A DNA stretch of 64,000 nt from Lama guanicoe (taxonomy: Eukaryota), in assembly GCA_013239625.1 (NCBI GenBank), contig MU054323.1:8669220-8733219 (forward strand), read 5' to 3'. Shown piece by piece: positions 1-18,160 of the stretch. The stretch's first letter is position 1. Every line of letters starts with the position of its first letter. Position numbers and translations under genes: made by a program. The notes under the pieces are model-generated. The model was not told the origin of the DNA, did not search any database, and worked only from the letters and a program-made list of their open reading frames with translations.

Positions 1-87
1 GGTTTTATATTATTGTACCTGATTCATGGCTGAACTTTTGGATTGGAAATTATGGGGTCTTTCTTTGTGTCCGTTTGTATGTTTGTA

Positions 88-91
<4 letters not shown>

Positions 92-129
<38 letters not shown>

Positions 130-136
130 TGTGTGT
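92..136 (+). repeat. (TG)n microsatellite
   Basis: Directly visible TG run with one TA interruption. Confidence 0.95.
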
Positions 137-709
137 CGTAGATGTGTGGTATTGCCAAAATTAATTTGTAAAAGATCTCTATTTAATTGGCTTAAAGGAA
201 ATTAAGTGCTTATATAAACACTCAGAAATATAAAAGAAGCTTCCCCAAATGAATTTCTTGTGGTCTAGGATTAATTCTTACTGAATGAAAATGAATTTAA
301 GTTTGCTAGTTTAAGACAGATATGTCTTTAGAGTCATCAACATTAAGTTTAATACTTTTATTGTACCTAAGTTTACTAGAAGTAAAATAAGATCCTATTG
401 TTCCTGTTACAAAATTTATCTTCAAGAAAAACAATGATATGATAAAAAATTTAAGTAAATTAAATGTAAATGAGGTAAGAGGTTTTTTTAGATGAACTCT
501 TTAGGAATAACTATATTTTATGGTGTGTCTATACAAAAATAGTTTCTGCTGCACTGGGTAAGAAATTAGAGAATTCTAATAGAAAACATGGTGGCTTCAT
601 AAAACTGTTAACAGAAGATTAAGATCAAGAATTACTTACATAGGACTGAGTGAACTAATGAATATGGTTATAATATGGGGGGCTTTTGTCTGAACTATGA
701 CTGGTTTTT

Positions 710-1021
710 GTTTTTTTCTTGCTTTTCTAAGTTTTTTTTAATGAAAGTATAGTTCATTTGCAATGTTGTGTTAGTTTCTGGCATACAGCAAAGTGATTCA
801 AATATATATATATTCTTTTCCATTATGTTTTATTACGAGATATTGAATATAGTTCCCTGCGCTATACAGTAGGACCTTGTTGTACATCTATTTTATATAT
901 AGTACTTTGTATCTGCTAATCCCAAACTCCTAATTTATCCCTCCATCACCCTCTTTCCCCTCTGGTAATCCTAAATTTGTTTTTTATGTCTGTAAATCTT
1001 TCTGTTTTGTAAATAAGTTCA
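710..1021 (-). mobile_element. 5'-truncated LINE-1 3' end inserted in the ERV
   Basis: T-rich tail on the left. It is reverse-complement similar to the L1 3'UTR at ~52940-53250, and flanked by a ~19-bp duplication tgaactatgactggttttt (691-709) / tgaaatattactggttttt (1022-1040). Confidence 0.8.
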
Positions 1022-1899
1022 TGAAATATTACTGGTTTTTAATCATTTTCCAGATATAAAGACACCCTTCCCCTCAAGCCAATTATGATTTACAGCAATT
1101 TGGTAAATTATTCCTTTGTAAGTAGAATTGAAACATTTATCCTTTCTCTCTACCTAATCCCTCCATAAACTGGAAACTCAAGTTCCCAGCAGCCTTATCA
1201 GGTGAATAAGGAAGAATGCCTCCTAACAGGTGCAGGAATCTCAAGTATTTTGGGGACCTTGAGAAGTGAGGAGTCCACCCAAATCTATAAATATCTCAGG
1301 CAGAATCTAAGAGCAAGCACTTGGTGTGGCTTTCCTTGCCTTGAGAGGCCTTTTGAAAGTTCAATTTGAGATTCCTTATAAAGAGTTTCAGCATAGCCAA
1401 TTTAAAAGGGCCAGAAGAATCAATTACACTTAAGTAAATAATCAGGCCAACTTTATTGAAATTAGACTTATTTTTCAAACAAACTGGCCTTAATTTGGCT
1501 ATATTTGGTAGAAATTAGGGTAATTTTACAGAGGAAAAAATTGTGTCAGTGGATATTAAGTTCAAGTGTTGTCTTTGAGGTTTTTTGTGTTTACTGCCTC
1601 ACTTTCCAGATGGCTCCTTGTTGCTAAAAGTGACATTATTGTAAAGTTTAATTGGATCATTAAAAGCACATTCTAAGTTTGTTTCTGAACAGTTACCTTA
1701 TGGCCCATAACCAGATTATGCATAATGAAGAGACATCAGACAAAGGATTCTTAGCCATATTGGAAGGGCAATATTAGTCCTCCTCTCCTGACTGAGCTGC
1801 AACTCCTGTTTCTGACACCTGACTTCAAGTAAGACCAGCACTACCAGACCAGGATGAGAAGACAATATCTAAGGTAGATAGCTGACCAAGATGCAGGAC

Positions 1900-2930
1900 T
1901 AATCCTGTATGCTAATTACTTTGATAACTGCTCACACTTTTGCTAATGAACCAAATGTATTTCTTCCTTGGGCTCAGTTGTATGCAAGTTTCAAAAGTCA
2001 ATCTGATTGCTGGGTTTGTGGCCAATTACCTATGTCTGGTACTGCTTGGTGACTTTGGTGGGTTTCTCCTCTCCAAGGCTCTAATTGTATGGCCCTTAGA
2101 AATTTAATTTTAGAAGAAAGAAACTCTAGTACTGTGCAAGCTACTACCAATATCAGTAAGTGGGACTCTCTTACCTGCCAATTAATGACACCTGTTCTGA
2201 ACTTGGCCATAAATGCCCCCTTTGACTAGATGTTAACTATTGGGTAGTTCCTAACAGGACCCAGTGGATTTATAGAACATGTTTATGGCCTTAGCTCTCC
2301 CCAGGTTGTTTAGAAAGATGCACAACTGATTTCCCTCGGGCTCAAGCTCACTTACCGGTAGCCTTGGAAACAGCCCTTGCCTATCTGCCTTTAATGTAAG
2401 CACGCTGGGTTCCATCAGTTTTCCAATGGTATGATCATTTGGCTGTGGTATTTGTTCCTTCACTGGAAATAGAAGATACCATTACTCAAATAGAGGCTTC
2501 AGCAAAACTCACTCAGTAAGCTTTGTGTGATAGTAGTCTAGCCGTTAGCGTGCTCAGTTCAGAAGTTTCCATGATGAGAAAAGTGATCCTGCAGAATCAC
2601 ATGGCCTTGATTGTCTAACTGCTTCCCAAGAGGGAATCTGGGCTATAATACATACTGAATGTTGGATTTTTGTAACCATTGTGTCTTCTGATGTAACTTG
2701 TCTTGTGACACCTATGAAGAATCAAATTTCTGCTCTGAATGACCCTCTTCTCAGTTTAGGGAAAGTATTAGGAAAGTGGTTTGCTTTAGAAGGATCTTGG
2801 CTTAAAACTTTACTAATGACATTGTTACTTTGGCAACTTTGATTATAATCTGTGTAATTTATAATGTGATTGTTTCTTGCCTTCTGCACTGTGTATCACC
2901 TACTCCTACTAGATAACCTAAGCAACTTGA
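1900..2930 (+). pseudogene. Gamma-type retroviral env pseudogene
   Basis: Translates piecewise as FLPWAQLYASFKSQSDCWVCGQLP ... IEASAKLTQ*ALCDSSLAVSVLSSEVSMMRKVILQNHMAL/DCLTASQEGIWAIIHTECWIFV, with stops and a frameshift. Confidence 0.75.
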
Positions 2931-3329
2931 AACTACTGATTACATCTGTAATTCTCTCTAAATTAATGGTCATGCATGAGGTACATGCAAGGTAAAATTG
3001 GCATAAGTTCTATTGAACAACTTGGAATTGGCTGTTAGTCCTTGCCAGACATCTTACTAGAACAACACTCTAAAATTAGGAAAGAAAAAGCTGGGCTATT
3101 TAAGAACCGACATTGAGGGACACGATGGACCCAGGTAGGTAAGCAACCATCATCAAGGGATCAAATATTTGATCACCTAACACTTTCTATCAAAAGACTA
3201 ATAATTAAAAGGAAGGAAAAGACTGTCTCCATGGTTATAATCCTTAGATTGACTCAAATAAGATTTTCCATTTCTTTCTTAGGTCGACTGTTGATTAAGT
3301 TTTTTGTAGGCACCGCTTTTAGGCACTAG

Positions 3330-3951
3330 CCTTTTCTTGCTAATGGAACTCTGATTTTGTTAAGTATGGACTGGCAACAGACTCAGGAAAGATGGGGGTG
3401 TCACCCAGTCTGGTTGCCAGATTTAGCAAATAAAAAGATAGGACATTCAATTAAAGCCAAATTTCAGACAAACAACCAATAGGAAATCCTATCCCCCCAA
3501 GTTCTAAGGATGAACTCTGGTTAAGACCAACGAGGCAATCCCTTTCTCCTTGCTAGTGGTTGGTTTGGGGATGGGCATATAACAAAGTTGGACCAATTGC
3601 ATCTGAGGAGAAATCTGGGGGCCTTTGGGAAAGATTTTCCTCCCTGATTAAAAATAGAGAGAGGGAGAAAGGAGAGAAGTGTGAGAAGTCCTTCATTCTT
3701 CCTGCCATCGGTAATCTCATGTGAAGATGTGGTGCTGGGAACAGCAGCAGTCATATTGTCACTGTGGAGTAAGAGTCATGAGAAAGTCAGAAAGACTGAG
3801 CCAGAGCTCTGACATTGCTGAACTTCCAAATTAGGCAGCTCTGGAATCTTTTCTCCAGATTTTTGTTTTATAAAATAATGAATGTTCTCACTGTTTACGC
3901 CTCTTTAGTTGGGCATTCTGTTCATGCTGCTGTAAGCATCCTAAATGATTC
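3330..3951 (+). mobile_element. MLT1-like MaLR LTR with a nested MER53-like hAT fragment (~3410-3480)
   Basis: Terminal ...gcatcctaaatgattca resembles an MLT1 3' end, and ggttgccagatttagcaaataaaaa resembles the MER53 terminus. Family names are from memory. Confidence 0.55.
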
Positions 3952-5484
3952 AGCTGAAAGTGTTTTGCATCTCACTCAGCGGGTGTCAGATGTCTGTGAT
4001 TCTTAGCTAGACCTAGAACTCAGCTAAAGAATTTTACCCCATGCAGATAAAGTTGTTTTTATTATGAGATCTACTGGCCTAGTAGTATTGCATGGGTCTT
4101 TCTCAACTTCTCACACTTTCAAGAATCACAGAAACCTTCCCACAGACTTTGGAAGGTGGATGGGAGACAGCGATTCTGGCCTCCCGGGATGGAATAGTTA
4201 TTAACAGTTCTCTATCTCCTCAGTGTCACTGACAGCTTCGGAGAGCTCTGCTGGCTGCATGAGGAAGTGCTAGCCAGGCAGGCCAATTTCATGGGACAAA
4301 CAGACATTGTTTCACAGTTTTACTTGTGAAATGGACAACCTTTAACCCAGAAGAAGTTGGGATTGGTGATACTGAGGTAGTATTAGCATCTGTGGCATCT
4401 GTGCTGTCAGTTTTGATTACAATACCCACTGTTTGTTGGTTTTATTTCTAAACATTCTATATGAAGAAAATTTATCAGATGTTTAGTGGCCATATTTTTA
4501 ATATATGGCAAACATTGTTATTTTCAAAAAGTGCACGTGGCAACTATAGAATTCAGACCAGTAAGTCTCCCATCCTAGTCTCCTTTTTTCATTTTCTAGA
4601 AACAACCATTGTTATGTTTCTTGTGTATCCTTCCAGACATTTATATACATAGACAATTATATAAATATGTGCGATTATTCAAATGCAGATGGTAGAACAT
4701 AATACATATTAATTATATCATAGAGATCCTCCCATGTCATTACTTTAAAAATTGCCTTATTCTGTTCATGGGCTGCATAGTATTCTCATGCATGGTTACA
4801 TTAATTACCTATTAGCCAATCTCCTGTTGATAAACACTACAATGGACCTTTGTCATGTTTTCTGGTTGGCCTGCTTCTTTGGAACACTTCTCATGTTGGA
4901 GAAAATACTCACTCTCCAGTTTTCTTAGAAGTTCCCCAACCAGTAGCACCCAGGCCAGTCTCCAGATCAGAAGTGGACCCCAGAGGGGGAAATGTGCTTT
5001 GGGCAGGACATCCATTTTGCTGGCAAGGGTGTAGAACAGCCTTGTGATTTTGAGAGTAATAGGTTTTACAAAGTGAATTCCTGGTGCAGAAGAGATATTG
5101 CTGGTACTACTGTGAGTCATAGTTGCAGTTACAGTCATGTTCTGGGTTGCGGTGCAAATTGTGGCCTCTAGTTCTTGGTCACAGCACAATGTTCTGGGCC
5201 TTTTATTCATCAGGCTATTTTTATATGTGATTTGTGGCTTTATTTCTTGAGGTTTAGTATCAAGCCTATTCTCTAGCCCTCCCAACAATTATCTTTACAA
5301 TAAATGACTACCTGCTGATCAGAGTCACTTCTGCTTGCAACCAAGAGCCCTGTCTGAGATATGTTGTTTTCCTTCTAATTTGTTATTTTTTTAGGAAAAA
5401 AAAAACTTCAATGACAATCTTTCATATTCATCTTTGTGCTTGTGTGGGGGTAAATCTGTGGCATAACATTCTAAAAATGGGATT

Positions 5485-6795
5485 GTCTGAGAGAAAATAT
5501 TGCAAAAGACACATTTGATGAAGGACTGCTATGCAAAATGTACAAAGAACTATTAAAACTCAACAATAAGAAAATAAACAACCTGATTGAAAAATGGGCC
5601 AAAGACCTTAACAAACACCTCACCAAAAATGGCAAATATGCATATGAAAAGATGCTTCACATCGTGTCATCAGGAAATGAAAATGAAAACATTACACACC
5701 CATTAGAACGACCAGAATCCCAAAACACTGATAACACCAAATTCTGCCGAAGATAGGGAGCAACAGGAACTCTCATTCATTGCTGGTGGGAATGTAAAGT
5801 GGTACAGCTACTCTGGAAGACAGTTTGGCAGTTTCTTACAAAATTAAACACTCATACCATACAATCCAGCAATTACATTCCTTGGTATTTAACCAAATAG
5901 GTTGAAAACGTGTATTCACACAAAAACCTGCACATGGATGTTTCTAGCAGCTTTATTCATAATTGCCAAAACCTGGAAGCAACCAAGATGGTGGATGGAG
6001 AGGTAAAGTATGGTACATCTAGACAATGGAATACTATTCAGCATTAAAAATAAATGAACCATCAAGTCACAAAAAGATATGAAGGAACCTTCAAAGCATA
6101 CTGCTAAGTGAAAGAGGCCAATCTGAAAAGGCAGCATACTGTGTGATTCCAACTATATGACACTCTAGAAAAGATATAACTACAGAAACAGCAAAAAGAT
6201 CAGTGATTGCCAGTGGTTCTGGGAGAGGAAGGGATAACTAGGTGGAGCACAGGGGAGCTTTAGGGCAGCAAAACTATTCTGTACAATACAGTAATGGTAA
6301 CAACAGGTCATTATACATTTGCCAAAGCCCATAGAATGTACAGTACAAAGAGTGAACCGTATCGTAAACAATGGACTTTAGTTAATAATAATGTGCCAAT
6401 TTTATTCATCACTTGTATTTACACCACTAATGCAAGATGTAACCAGTAGAGGAAATTTTGTGCTCAGGAAAACAGGATACGTGGGCAATCTCTAATTTCC
6501 AATCAATTTTTTGGTAAAACTGAAACTGCTCTGGAAAAAAAAGTAAAATATTAAAAAGACCTATAATGAAGACCACTTTATACTCTAGGATAAAAAAGAT
6601 GAACAATAATAAGAATTGGCAAAGATATGGAGAAATAGGAACTCTCAGGAATGAAGTACTGATAGGTGTTACAACGTGGATAAATCTTGAAAACATTATG
6701 CTGGGTGAAAGAAGTTACAGTTACAAAGGGCCACATATTGTATGGTTCATTTATTTGAAGTGTTTAGAAGAGGCAAATCCTTAAAGTCAGAAAGT
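5485..6795 (+). mobile_element. Old LINE-1 (L1M-type) ORF2 3' end/3'UTR fragments
   Basis: ORF MYKELLKLNNKKINNLIEKWAKDLNKH and typical L1 3' motifs (cattgctggtgggaatgtaaa, caatggaatactattcagc). Confidence 0.85.
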
Positions 6796-7464
6796 AGAGC
6801 CCCACCCCCACTCCCTGGAGACCGGATGGGAGCACCTCTCCCCCTCCCAGCCAGGGTGTGCCAGCAGAGGCCTAGTGAGGAGCCCGCCCTTCCCAGGGTG
6901 TCAACAGGGGCTCTGTGGAGAACCTGGACTTCTACTCCCATTTGACAACAAGGTGATTGTATGTAATTACAATGTCAAGTACAACCAGCAAATACAGGTT
7001 TGAGAAAAAAACAGCTGATTCTTGGCAAGCGTACAATACAACCAGTGGGAGCCATGTGCATGTGATTGCTTTAGAGAGTAGTCTATTGGCTCTGGCATTT
7101 TAATGGGTTTTGGCCACTGGCCTGTTTGCAGTAATAAGTGGAGAGTATTTCTCAGTTGCTGAGGTGGTCAAGTCGAGACTAGTTAGGGTTGTGACTGCAA
7201 TTCTGCATGGAAATATTGCAAATTAAGTGAGCCTTTTGCATCTAACCCTGCTTACTACTTTGAAGTTACAGTGCCTATCCAAAGACAGAGCAGAGCACAC
7301 TATAAGCACCATTCATACTTTGGATATTGAGGGCCCCTTGTGGACAATTCAGAGTGATGACTCCTTGGAATTACCTGTCAGAATCAAATACAAAAATTCA
7401 CAAAGGAGGCTCTGCATCTGGTACTCACATCACCCAGGAAAAGCTGTTTCTATGCTATTATTAT

Positions 7465-8400
7465 CCAGAACAATCAAATTAATCTATAAATTTAATGCGA
7501 TCCCAACCAAATCTTAACGGGACTTTTAAATTGGAATTTAAGAATTCTGATTCTCTTCTAAAAGAAAATATTCAATAGCAGTCAAAAAAATCCGAATAAA
7601 AAATATTGCATGGGAATTTGCCCTACAATATCAAAAATGTAAATATAAAAATACATAAAGCTATGTTAAAATTTTACAAATAGATTTAGCAATGTAAAAC
7701 TAAAGAGACAGAAATAGACAAATGGATCTGTGGAATAAAACACAGAAACAGATCCACATGAAGCTTATAATAGAGGTGACATTTAAAAATCTATGAAGGA
7801 AGGGTGGCTTTTTCAATAAATTATGTGAGATAATTGGCTATCCACTGAAGAAAAAATAATTTTAGTTTGACCCTCCTGGCCCATCACATTGAACACAGAT
7901 GGTACAAAAAGGAAAACAGGGGAAAAAAGTTAAAATATTTTAAAGGATTTAAAACTATATTTTTAATAATATTGGGGTGGAGAAAGCCTTCCTAAATAAG
8001 GTACAAAACCCAGAAGCCATTAAAAAAACAGATTTGTGCTTATAAAATTTAAAACTTCTGTTAAAAGAAATACTATAATAAAAGTCGAAAGAAAAGACAG
8101 AGTGTAGGAGAAAAAAAAATTGTTGCATTGAATGAATATCCAGAATTCTGACAACAATTTAAATCGACAGAGGATATGACTAGGAAATTCATAGAAAAAT
8201 GCAAATCAGAAAAAAAGAAAGAGGAGGAGGAAGGAAAGGAGAAGAGGGAGGAGGAGGAAGCAAAGAAAAGAAAGAGAAAAGAGGAAAGGTGCTCAAACTC
8301 AATAGTAGTTAATAAAAGCATATTAAATGAGATGGGTTTTGCCCATCAGATTGTTCAGCATTTAAAAGATTGCTTAAAGACACAGTTTTTGCTATGTAAT
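7465..8400 (+). mobile_element. Highly diverged LINE-1 ORF2 remnant with a purine-rich low-complexity tract (~8200-8290)
   Basis: KLIYKFNAIPTK-like L1 ORF2 peptide and A-rich L1-like sequence. Confidence 0.6.
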
Positions 8401-9104
8401 GCTCGAGTTGCAGGAGGTTTCTAAATGGTTTATAATTTCTAATACAATTTGTCTTTAATTCAGGTGTTACTTAAAAGTATATTTTAAGCTTCCAGATGGA
8501 CAGGGCTTTTAAAATATTTTAGTATTGGTAATTCATGAATTGTTCAATATGTATAAAATCAAGTCAAAAACACAGTGTATAAAAAGATGCAGAAAGATGA
8601 GAGAAAAGGCTCCCCTCTCAGCCCCATCTCCTTATCATCCCACCCCTACTCACAGGCATACATTTTTGTTTCTTCGATACCCTTCCACAGATAGTTTGTG
8701 CATATTCAAAGAACCATTAATGTAGGCTTTTCCTCATCATTTTCACTACAAAGGGTGGCATAGTAATATTACATGTTTCTTCTTACGAATATATTGGAAA
8801 TGAAAGCTATGTCGATGACTATCATATATTGTTTTTAATTACTGAGAAATATACCTAGAGCATATGAGATACATTTGTAATGCTTAACGTGAATTTTTAT
8901 GATATTCCTACCCAGTGAGGAGCTAGAACACTGTACCTTCAAAGCTCCACCGAAATCACATCATCCACCCTTTTCCCTTGAGGTAACCATGTTCCTTTTT
9001 GCTTTTCTTTATGGTTTTACTACCTTCATATGGGTCCATAAATACAGCTTAACTTTTTTTCTGCTATGAACTTTGACAAATGGAATCACAGTGTTCGATG
9101 ACTT

Positions 9105-9222
9105 TTTTTTTAAATAATTGAATTTATTTATTTGTTTTATTTTATGGAGGTGCTGAGGATTGAACGCAGGACCACGTGCATGCTAAGTATGCGCTCTACT
9201 GCTGAGCTACATCCTCCCCTCC
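9105..9222 (-). mobile_element. tRNA(Ala)-derived SINE, Vic-1-like (camelid)
   Basis: Minus strand reads ggggaggatgtagctcagcagtagagcgcatacttagcatgcacgtggtcctgcgttcaatcctcagcacctcca plus an A-rich tail, with A and B boxes. Flanking tcgatgactt (9095-9104) / tcaatgactt (9223-9232) looks like a TSD. Confidence 0.85.
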
Positions 9223-10875
9223 TCAATGACTTGCTTTTTTTAAAAATCAACACTAGCCTGTTTATGAGTATGGCTGTGGTTAATTTTTTTCATTACTGCG
9301 TTAACATTCCTTTAAGAATGTAACACTAGCTATTACAGACTTTTGGATTGTCTCCAGTTTAGGGTTATTAAGTTGCTATGAAAGTTCTTGTACCTTCTCC
9401 TGGTTTAGAGCAACAATCCTCAAAGTGTGGTCCATGAACCCCTAGAAGTCCCAGGGATCTTATCAAGGAGTCACTAAAGTTAAAACTATTTCTTTCATGA
9501 TAGTACTAAGATGTAACATGTCCTTTACACTCTGTGGACATTTGCACTGATGGTACAAAAACAGTGATGAGTAAAACTGTAGCCACCTTAGCACAAGGTG
9601 AGCAATCCAGTTACCTTACACGTCAAAAATACAAATGATATAGGGTGTACTTCTCTCCCAAGGTATAAAATCAGGTAGTACATGAAAAGTGCTTTGAAAA
9701 CTCCAATAATTATCATGACAATAATTGAATTTAAGGAATGTGTAAGTCCTTTATACACAATATAATTTTGAATCCTTAACCCTGTGAAATTCACACTTAA
9801 TAGATGAAGAAACGGAAGCTTAAGGCTAGATAAATGAACCAGTATTTGAACCCAGGTCTGTCCACTAGAATCCACGCTCATAATCATTAAATGGCACTTT
9901 AAAAATGCTATGTGAAGATAAACTACTGCATTAGAAAAGAAGGAATATCTTTATTTAGTTAAGAGTTTCAATTCTTCATATGGAAATGAATCTTTTCACC
10001 ATTCCCCTTAAATACCATAATTCTTGAAAGTTTTGAGTCCTATAGGGCTCCCCCTCTTTTCTTATGCAAAGATAGCTAAAGTGCAGGAATTTGAGACTAA
10101 ATTTGGCAACTTTGAAATACCAATGGTGGCACAATCATTTCCTTACCTGTAAAATGGCAGCCAAGGTAAGGTCCTTGCATGAAATGGGTGATGGATAAAT
10201 ATATTAAAGAATGAACAAATGAGAGCCGTTAGGTTTAGAACTCTGGCAGATTGGTGGGTAGGACAGCTAGCCAGGACCAGTGGCCCTCAGCCCCTAGGTG
10301 GGGGGCTGTCAAGAGGAGGGCAGACCTCAGAGCAGAGTCAACCTGGCATTTTCTGGTACTAAGTCTGCTGAGGGGCCTGGAGAGCTCATGCAGAGCTGGT
10401 TCCGGGCAGCTGGATGGGGCCAGGCAGAGGTAGAGACCAGGTGTGGGTGGCCATGAGCACAGTGTTCTTCATAAGACCATAAAAGTCCACCTCGAATGTT
10501 CTATTTTTAAAGCCAAATAGTAGCATTGTTCCTCCTGCCTCCAAGGTGAAAAATCTCAGAGCAGCAGTGATTGTTCTGGTGGAGGACAAAGTGGGCGAGC
10601 CAGGGAATAGACTGAGCCACAGGGGAAGAGAAGTGGCAGAGGGAAACGGTGCATCTTCCGCCTTCAAATCATGATGCTACTCCCTGCAGACACCCTGGCC
10701 ACAGACACTGGAAACCTCCCCAAGCCATCGCTGGTCCCCCGTGCCCCTCTCTCCTCAGCAGAGAAAGACCTGTGCACGGGAAGAGGGGCTCTTTATCCTT
10801 GCCAGGGATGGGGCTCAGGTGGACAAGAGCAGCTGCAAACAGTACAGGAGCCCAGATTCTAGCCCAATGACGGTT

Positions 10876-10881
10876 TTTATT
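10876..10881 (-). terminator. Putative polyadenylation signal AATAAA of SLC5A6
   Basis: tttatt on + strand about 750 nt past the SLC5A6 stop codon. Confidence 0.55.
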
Positions 10882-11635
10882 CCCTAGGAACAAAGATGTG
10901 GGGAAGAAATTCAAAAGCAAACAGAAGCTTGAATGACGACACTTAGGGTGATGTGGCTCAGGAGTCAGACAGACAGCATACTCCACAGTGGACTTGGTCA
11001 TGCCCTGGCTTCTTGGATCAATATCTGCCCCGTCCCCAAGTGCCTATTACAGAGGTGGAGGGCGAGGGCAGCGCCTATTCTACGCGAAGGAGATGAATGT
11101 AGCGGTCTATTCTGAGAGGCCTCTCAGGGACACTAAAACCTCCCTTTCAAGAATGGAGGTAGACAGATAAGATTGAGAGGGGCCTGGGTATCACAGACTA
11201 CCTGAATGTAGTGTCACAGGGGCCCTTTGTGGCTGACAGCATCTGTGTTTCAATGAGACAGCAAGGGAAGCAACAGCTGGCCAAGGCAGCTCTGAATTTT
11301 ATGGGGAGATGGTCAGTCTTGCCAGAGTGGGCCCAGCACTGCTGTTTCTATACACTTCAAAGGAGCTTGGTGATGCTGAATCAGAAGCCATTATCCTTTT
11401 CCCAGAGGATTTGCCACTAGCTTCTTTTCTGGCAAAATCTTGCTCCCTGCAAGCCTCGTTCTCTAGAAAGGAGAAACCCTGTCCTACTCAAGCCTCCTGT
11501 GACATGACAGCTTCTACTGCAGCACAGACCCCCTAAGAACAAGGTGCTTTGGTGTGGGCTAGGTCATCCAGTCCTCGTCAGGGAACTCATCCCTGTACCA
11601 CAAGGTGGCCTCTGGGGCTGGATCCCGAGTTCCGA

Positions 11636-18160
<6,525 letters not shown>

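Larger units (their letters stand above)
1..3310 (+). mobile_element. Decayed class-I endogenous retrovirus, 3' internal portion with env relic and polypurine tract
   Basis: AT-rich ERV1-internal-like sequence. It encodes a CWVC (CXXC) motif at 2008-2019 and a degenerate TM immunosuppressive domain at ~2570-2675. A purine tract aaaaggaaggaaaa lies at ~3207-3220. Boundaries are approximate. Confidence 0.7.

Noticed and set aside
4812..5288. 158-aa minus-strand ORF
   Set aside because: Lies in old LTR-like repeat sequence, starts at a non-ATG codon, and has no recognisable domain.
8176..8424. Lys/Glu-rich ORF
   Set aside because: Low-complexity purine tract inside an L1 remnant.
9105..9222. 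tRNA-Ala-like sequence (also at 28432-28506)
   Set aside because: Has an A-rich tail, a TSD and disrupted stems, so it is a SINE and not a tRNA gene.
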